Positions 38,188-43,593 of a stretch of DNA of 43,593 nucleotides are shown piece by piece. The notes below the pieces were generated by a model that was not told the DNA's origin, did no database searches, and saw only the letters and a program-made list of their open reading frames with translations. A program made the position numbers and the translations under genes. Position 1 is the first letter of the stretch. The number at the start of each line of letters is the position of its first letter. The DNA is from Nitrospinota bacterium (GTDB taxonomy: Bacteria; Nitrospinota_A; UBA7883; JACRGQ01). The stretch is from NCBI GenBank assembly GCA_016194375.1, contig JACQBU010000063.1, positions 1 to 43,593 on the forward strand, given 5' to 3'.

Positions 38188-39975
38188 TTATTTCGGGCTT
38201 CGAGCCGCGTTTTCCAAGACCTGTTTCAAAAGCATGTTGGAAGGGTCGACGGAAAGGCCGATTTTCGCTATGTTAACGGCAGTCGCATTTTTACCGGAGA
38301 GAAGGTAAAAATTCGCCAGATTCGCAAGGAAGTCGATGTTTCCCGAAGCGGCGTAGGCCGCTATGAAATGCCCGGGCCAGGTGGGTTTCCCTTGCGCGAA
38401 AAGTGTCGAAACGTAACTGATGAAGGTTTTTGGCGCGTCCGGATGCACTTCAAGCACGTCCCCGAGCATTTTTTCGGCCTCGGCGTACCTTCCCTGTTTT
38501 ATCCTGATTTGGGCCATGTCGTAAATGATTCGATATTGGACGCGCGAGTGCGGGGGAATTTTTCGAAGGCTTCTCTCGGCCTCGTCCAGCCGGCCCGACT
38601 CCAGGTATATTTCCCCGAGCTCCATCAACACAAAAATTTTCCTCGGGTTTTCCTTGAGCGCGTTAAGCAGTATTTTTTCCGCTTCTAACGATTGGCCGGA
38701 GGACCTTAGCACCGAAGAAAAATTGGCGACCGCGACGTTGGTTCCAATCGGGTCCGCGTTTACCGCGGAGGCCCACAACGCCACCTCGTTTCTCCAGTCC
38801 TTGTTGCGGACGGTCGTCGCGGCAAAATACGCGGCGGCGACGAGCGCGCAACCGACGGCAAGGAGTACGCGGCGCCGGCCGGAGGTATTCAAGAACGCCA
38901 GCGCCACAAAGAAAGAGAGCGTTGCGGAAGGGAGGTAAACGTATCGCTCGGCCATGAAGGTTCCCGTGGGGATGATGTTAAGGTTCGGCGAAACTACCAC
39001 GAAGAACCAAAGAAACGAAAACGCCGCCCCGGGCCTTTTCCGCAGATACAACAGCGCCGCGACCACCGCGGAGGCGACCCCGGCCGCCGAGGCCAAAAGC
39101 GAGGCCGAGTACGGGGCGGCGGCCTGCTCCACCTCGTGAATCGGAACCAACGGCCACGGGAACAGCATCAGCTTGAAATACTGCGCGACCACGCCGCTCA
39201 TCGTCACAAATATCCCGAAAGAACCGAGGCCGAGCGCGGACTCGCCGGTTCGCGAAATTATGCCCAACACGCTGAATCGCAACAAAATGTAGCCCGATAG
39301 GATGACGAAATACGGGATCCAAACAAATTTGGAGAGAATCGCCCCCCCAGTGGGACGCGCGTTCGGTTCCGACACGACGTCCTTTTCCCGTCCCAACGTC
39401 ATGTCGTACAGGATTATGACGAAGGGCGTCACGGCCGCCGTCTCGGAGGAAAGAAGCCCGACAAAGAATAACAGCAGGGAACACGCGACATATCCCCGAC
39501 CAACCCCGCGTTTCCCGGCGACGTAGCAGGCGAATGCGGAAAGCCAGAAGAAATCGCCCAAAATGTCGTAGCTCGCCGTTATCCACGCGACCCTCTCCGT
39601 ATGCAACGGGTGGAGCGCGAACAACAGCGCGCCCCAAAACGCGCCTTCCCGGCTTCCGAACAGCAGGACGATAAGCGCGTAAAGCACGCAGACCGTGAGG
39701 GCGTTAAGGAGTTTGCCGACCAAATGGTAACTTACCGGATTAAGCCCGCCGACGCGGTAGGTGGCCGAATACAACATGGTTCGAAGCGGCCTGTATAAGT
39801 TTTCCGTCCCCTCCAGGAAATATTTCGGCGTCGGTTGGTCCTGTTGGATTAGCTTGTTGCGAACGATGAAGTTTTCGTCGTCCCAAACGAACTGGTTGCC
39901 AAACGAGTTTAAATATACAAGGATCGAAAGACAGGCGAGGACGACGAGGTTGAGAAGGTTATTTCTCACGCGCAA
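38188..39975 (-). CDS. TMTC-like GT-C membrane glycosyltransferase with C-terminal TPRs
   Basis: FVWDD, YRPL, LFALHPLHTERVAWI, AERYVYLPS, RNKDWRNEVALW, many TM helices, TPR tail. Confidence 0.8.
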   Translation of the reverse strand: MRVRNNLLNLVVLACLSILVYLNSFGNQFVWDDENFIVRNKLIQQDQPTPKYFLEGTENLYRPLRTMLYSATYRVGGLNPVSYHLVGKLLNALTVCVLYALIVLLFGSREGAFWGALLFALHPLHTERVAWITASYDILGDFFWLSAFACYVAGKRGVGRGYVACSLLLFFVGLLSSETAAVTPFVIILYDMTLGREKDVVSEPNARPTGGAILSKFVWIPYFVILSGYILLRFSVLGIISRTGESALGLGSFGIFVTMSGVVAQYFKLMLFPWPLVPIHEVEQAAAPYSASLLASAAGVASAVVAALLYLRKRPGAAFSFLWFFVVVSPNLNIIPTGTFMAERYVYLPSATLSFFVALAFLNTSGRRRVLLAVGCALVAAAYFAATTVRNKDWRNEVALWASAVNADPIGTNVAVANFSSVLRSSGQSLEAEKILLNALKENPRKIFVLMELGEIYLESGRLDEAERSLRKIPPHSRVQYRIIYDMAQIRIKQGRYAEAEKMLGDVLEVHPDAPKTFISYVSTLFAQGKPTWPGHFIAAYAASGNIDFLANLANFYLLSGKNATAVNIAKIGLSVDPSNMLLKQVLENAARSPK

Positions 39976-40609
39976 ACATTCTGTGGCGCGCGAACTCGAG
40001 TACGGCCGGCAGGATCGAGACGAAGATTATGGCGATAATGACGAGGGAAAAATTCCTTTTAACCGCCGGCACGTTGCCAAAAAAGTAACCGGCCGCCAAG
40101 AACAGTCCGACCCACAAAAACGCGCCGAATACGTTGTACTTCATGAACTCCCGCCACGACATCCCTCACATCCCCGCCACAAACGGGGCGAACGTCCTCA
40201 CTATCGGTATGAAGCGCCCTATGACCACGGTTTTCCCCCCGTAACGCGCGAAGTATCTTTGCGTCATCACAAGGTACTCCCGGTTGAATATCCTCGAGTC
40301 CTCTTTATTGAAGACGACCGGGCCGAGGCGCAACCCGACCTCGTAGTTCGACAGGTTTCCCACCACGGCCGCCGCAAACAGGAGGCCGAAAACGGCCCCG
40401 ACGTTCAAGGTGCCCATGGAGGAGGCCACAGCCCCCGTGGCGAAAAGGAGGGAGTCTCCCGGTAGAAACGGGGTCACCACAAGCCCGGTTTCGGCGAAGA
40501 TTATCACCATCAGTATCGCGTAGGTCCACGCGCCGTAGTCCGCGGTGACGTTGTGGAGGTGCTTGTCCAGATGCATGACAATTTCGAATAAAGCGCTCAG
40601 CAGTTCCAT
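39959..40609 (-). pseudogene. dedA: DedA family membrane protein interrupted by in-frame TGA (40166-40168)
   Basis: [54 protein letters not shown] continuous in one frame. Confidence 0.85.
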
Positions 40610-40616
40610 CTTCCCC

Positions 40617-43517
40617 TCACGAGCAATAGACCGAATCGGCGCCCAGGACTTCCTCCACTTCGGCGAGAAAGGCCTCGCTTGCGCTCACCTTGTATTTGTC
40701 CGACGCGCCCACGCGAAGCCTGCTTTTGTCCGGGAAGGTGAAATAAAGCACGAGCCTGCTCGCGCCCTTGTGCCTGGATGCGATTTCTTTTAATTCCTCC
40801 AGCGCCGGTTCCTCGAGCCCCACGATGTTGATGTTCAGGTGCACGGCGCCCGTAAGCTTCTCCTTGGCCTTCATTATTGGCAGTATCTCATCGGCTATTA
40901 TCTTTACGTCGGTCTCGTCCTTGTCGGTCTTGCCGCGCACGAAGACCGGCTCGTTGGACTCTAGCAACCGGGCGGTTTGCGAGAACAGCTCCGGCCACAC
41001 CAACATTTTCACGCTTCCGGTCAGGTCCTCCAGCGTCACGTGGGCCATCGTCTCCTTTTTTTTCGTCATCTGGGTCCTCAGCGCGCTGACCACCCCGCAG
41101 AGCCTGACCTCGCGCTTGTTCTCCACCTCTCCGATTGTCGCCGCATGATGCGTCACCAGCAGTCTCATGTCCCTCTTGTGCCGCTCGAGAGGGTGGCCTG
41201 AGATGTAGAACCCGAGGGTCTCCTTCTCGTAGTCAAGCCGCGTCCGCTCCGGCCATTCCTCGGCCGGCTTGATGAGCCGAGCCGCCCTCTCCTCCTCCGT
41301 CTCGATTTGGGCGAACATGTTGGCCTGCCCCTTTTTTAGGTCGTCGCGGGCGGCGGCGGCCTCGCGGATGACGTCGTCAAGCGAGGCGAATATCTGAGCG
41401 CGGTTCGGGTGCAGGGCGTCGAACGCGCCACATTTTATGAGAGCCTCGAGCACCCTTCGGTTGACCTGCCTCATGTCCAGCCGCCGGGAGAAATCGGGAA
41501 ACGACCGAAAAGCGCCCCCCTCCCCCCGCGCGCGAATTATCTCCTCGACTCCGGCGACTCCCACGCCCTTCACGGCGGCGAGCCCGAATATTATGGCGTC
41601 GCCCGAGACGGTGAATTTGGCGACGCTTCTGTTGATGTCCGGCGGAGAAACGGTGATGCCCATCTCCCTGCACTCGCTAAGGTATTGGACGACCCTGTCC
41701 GTGTCGTCCATTTCGCTCGTCAAAAGCGAGGCCATGTACTCGCGCGGGTGGTGCGCCTTGAGATACGCGGTCTGGTAGCTCAACAGCGCGTATGCGGCGG
41801 AGTGGGACTTGTTGAAGCCGTATCCGCCGAACTTCTCGATGAGGTCGAACACGGCCCCGGCCTTTTTCGGGTCTATCTTTTTCGTCTTGGCGCCGCTTAC
41901 AAACGCGTCCCGCTGGGCCGCCATGACGTCCTTGTCCTTCTTTCCCATGGCCTTTCTCAACGTGTCCGCCTGCGCCATGGTGAACCCCGCCAGCTCGTTG
42001 GCGAGTTTCATCACCTGCTCCTGATACACCATTACTCCATACGTCTCGGCCAGGGCGTCGTTCATTTGGGGCAGGATGTTCTCCACCTTCTCCAGGCCGT
42101 GCTTTCTCTTGATGAAGGAGTCGACCATGCCGCTCTCAAGGGGGCCGGGGCGAAAAAGTGCCACGAGTGCGATGATGTCAGTGAACGCCTGAGCCTTTAG
42201 CTTTCGCAGTATGTCCCTCATTCCTGACGACTCCAGCTGGAATATTCCGAGCGTCTTTGCGGACGAGAGAAGCGCGAACGTGGCCGGGTCGTCCATCGGG
42301 AGCTTGCGTACGAAGAAGTCGGGGTTTTTTGTCGCCCTCACGAGCTTTTCGGTCCAGTCGATCACCGTGAGCGTCCGAAGGCCGAGGAAATCCATCTTAA
42401 GGAGGCCCAGCTTTTCTATGTCGGTCATCGAAAACTGGGTCACGACGTCCCCCTTGCTGGTTTTAAACAGCGGCAGGAAATCCGTGAGGTTCGAGGGCGC
42501 GATGACGACTCCGGCGGCGTGGGTCGAGGCGTGTCTTGAAAGCCCCTCGAGCACCCTGGCTATCTCCATCAGTTTCTTGACCCTCGGATCCTTCTTTTCC
42601 ATTTCGGGGAGCCTTTTCTCGGCCTTCATCGCCTTCTCGATGGTCATGTCCGGAGCCTCCGGCACGAGCTTGGCTATCTGGTCCACCTCGCCATACGGAA
42701 GCTCGAGAACGCGCCCGACGTCGCGTATCACCCCGCGGGCCTTCATGGTGCCGAAGGTTATTATCTGCGCCACGTTGTCGGCGCCGTATTTCTCTCGGAC
42801 GTATTTGATCACTTCGTCGCGCCTGTCCATGCAGAAGTCAATGTCTATGTCCGGCATTGAAATGCGGTCCGGATTTAAAAACCGCTCGAATAGTAGCCCG
42901 TATTTCATCGGGTCTATGTCGGTTATGCCCAGGGAGTACGCGACCAAGCTTCCCGCCGCGCTTCCCCTGCCCGGCCCGACCGGTATTCCGCGCTTTTTGG
43001 CCTCCTCGATGAAGTCCCAGACGATGAGGAAGTAGCCGGCAAAATTCATCTTCTTTATGACTTCCAGTTCGAGCGCCACCCTTTCCCTATACCCCGCCTC
43101 CGAATCGGGCGCGGCGTTTCCGGAGTCCGCCAGCCTATCCGATAGATTGTGGGCCACGAGGTCCTCAAGGTACTGGCCCGGCGTTTCGTCGCCCGGAACT
43201 GAGTATGCCGGCAGGTGGTACTGGCCCAGCCTGAAGTCAATGTTGCACTTGTCCGCCACCTCCCGGGTGTTTTTTATGGCTTCGGGCAGTTCGGAGAAAA
43301 GCGCCCGCATTTCGTCCGCCGACTTCACGTAAAATTCCCCGGCGCCGTACCTGAGCCGGTTGGCGTCGCCCAACAGCTTGCCGGTGCCGATGCACAATAG
43401 GGCGTCGTGCGCCTCCCAATGCCTTTTCTCAAGGTAGTGGCAGTCGTTTGTGGCCACCAGCCTCACCTCGTGCTTTTTTGACATCTGCACGACCGCCTGG
43501 TTCACCTTCGCCTGCGC
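40617..43517 (-). CDS. dnaE: DNA polymerase III alpha subunit (5'-partial; most of PHP domain absent)
   Basis: ATNDCHY, GPGRGSAAGS, PDIDIDF, HAAGVVI, KMDFLGL, YGFNKSHSAAY, OB fold. Confidence 0.95.
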   Translation of the reverse strand, partial: AQAKVNQAVVQMSKKHEVRLVATNDCHYLEKRHWEAHDALLCIGTGKLLGDANRLRYGAGEFYVKSADEMRALFSELPEAIKNTREVADKCNIDFRLGQYHLPAYSVPGDETPGQYLEDLVAHNLSDRLADSGNAAPDSEAGYRERVALELEVIKKMNFAGYFLIVWDFIEEAKKRGIPVGPGRGSAAGSLVAYSLGITDIDPMKYGLLFERFLNPDRISMPDIDIDFCMDRRDEVIKYVREKYGADNVAQIITFGTMKARGVIRDVGRVLELPYGEVDQIAKLVPEAPDMTIEKAMKAEKRLPEMEKKDPRVKKLMEIARVLEGLSRHASTHAAGVVIAPSNLTDFLPLFKTSKGDVVTQFSMTDIEKLGLLKMDFLGLRTLTVIDWTEKLVRATKNPDFFVRKLPMDDPATFALLSSAKTLGIFQLESSGMRDILRKLKAQAFTDIIALVALFRPGPLESGMVDSFIKRKHGLEKVENILPQMNDALAETYGVMVYQEQVMKLANELAGFTMAQADTLRKAMGKKDKDVMAAQRDAFVSGAKTKKIDPKKAGAVFDLIEKFGGYGFNKSHSAAYALLSYQTAYLKAHHPREYMASLLTSEMDDTDRVVQYLSECREMGITVSPPDINRSVAKFTVSGDAIIFGLAAVKGVGVAGVEEIIRARGEGGAFRSFPDFSRRLDMRQVNRRVLEALIKCGAFDALHPNRAQIFASLDDVIREAAAARDDLKKGQANMFAQIETEEERAARLIKPAEEWPERTRLDYEKETLGFYISGHPLERHKRDMRLLVTHHAATIGEVENKREVRLCGVVSALRTQMTKKKETMAHVTLEDLTGSVKMLVWPELFSQTARLLESNEPVFVRGKTDKDETDVKIIADEILPIMKAKEKLTGAVHLNINIVGLEEPALEELKEIASRHKGASRLVLYFTFPDKSRLRVGASDKYKVSASEAFLAEVEEVLGADSVYCS

Positions 43518-43593
43518 CGACGAGCGGGCCATCGAGTCCTTCAACGACGAAGCGATGGCCGGGCTCAAGCTCGGCGAAGTCCGGGAATTCACC

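Noticed and set aside
40166-40168. Genetic code reassignment (TGA=Gly/Trp)
   Set aside because: Cyclase, glgP, imuB, gltB and others end at TGA at expected lengths

Overview
Chromosomal window from a flagellated diderm bacterium (phylum not determinable with confidence here) that appears to span the replication terminus. Left arm (0.2-11 kb) is an accessory redox/signalling cluster ending at a tRNA-Gly(GCC). It holds a REC-class III nucleotide cyclase with guanylate-cyclase-type residues and a REC-sigma54 enhancer-binding protein. Divergent from these are two sigma54-driven multiheme c-type cytochrome lipoproteins (27 and 8 heme motifs, the larger built from ~104-aa four-heme tandem repeats), a beta-barrel porin, a small periplasmic protein and a frameshifted HAMP histidine kinase. 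This is the best candidate for an undescribed porin-cytochrome electron-transfer or redox-sensing system. The middle carries a REC-GGDEF protein, uvrD/pcrA, a SAM methyltransferase, orphan fliD-fliS, glgP and an imuB-dnaE2 mutasome cassette. At 24345-24372 is a well-formed dif site (KOPS polarity flips across it). A half-degenerate copy lies 655 bp upstream, and between them are an integron attC-like site, hairpins and iteron-like repeats, suggesting a small Xer-integrated (IMEX-like) remnant. Right arm is mostly housekeeping: 5'-damaged ppk2, gltBD, pal-cpoB-ppiD-MBL-xerD, a TMTC-like glycosyltransferase, dedA with an in-frame TGA, and dnaE, whose 5' end is joined to unrelated opposite-strand coding sequence at the window edge. 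All calls are from reading the sequence; no searches were run.
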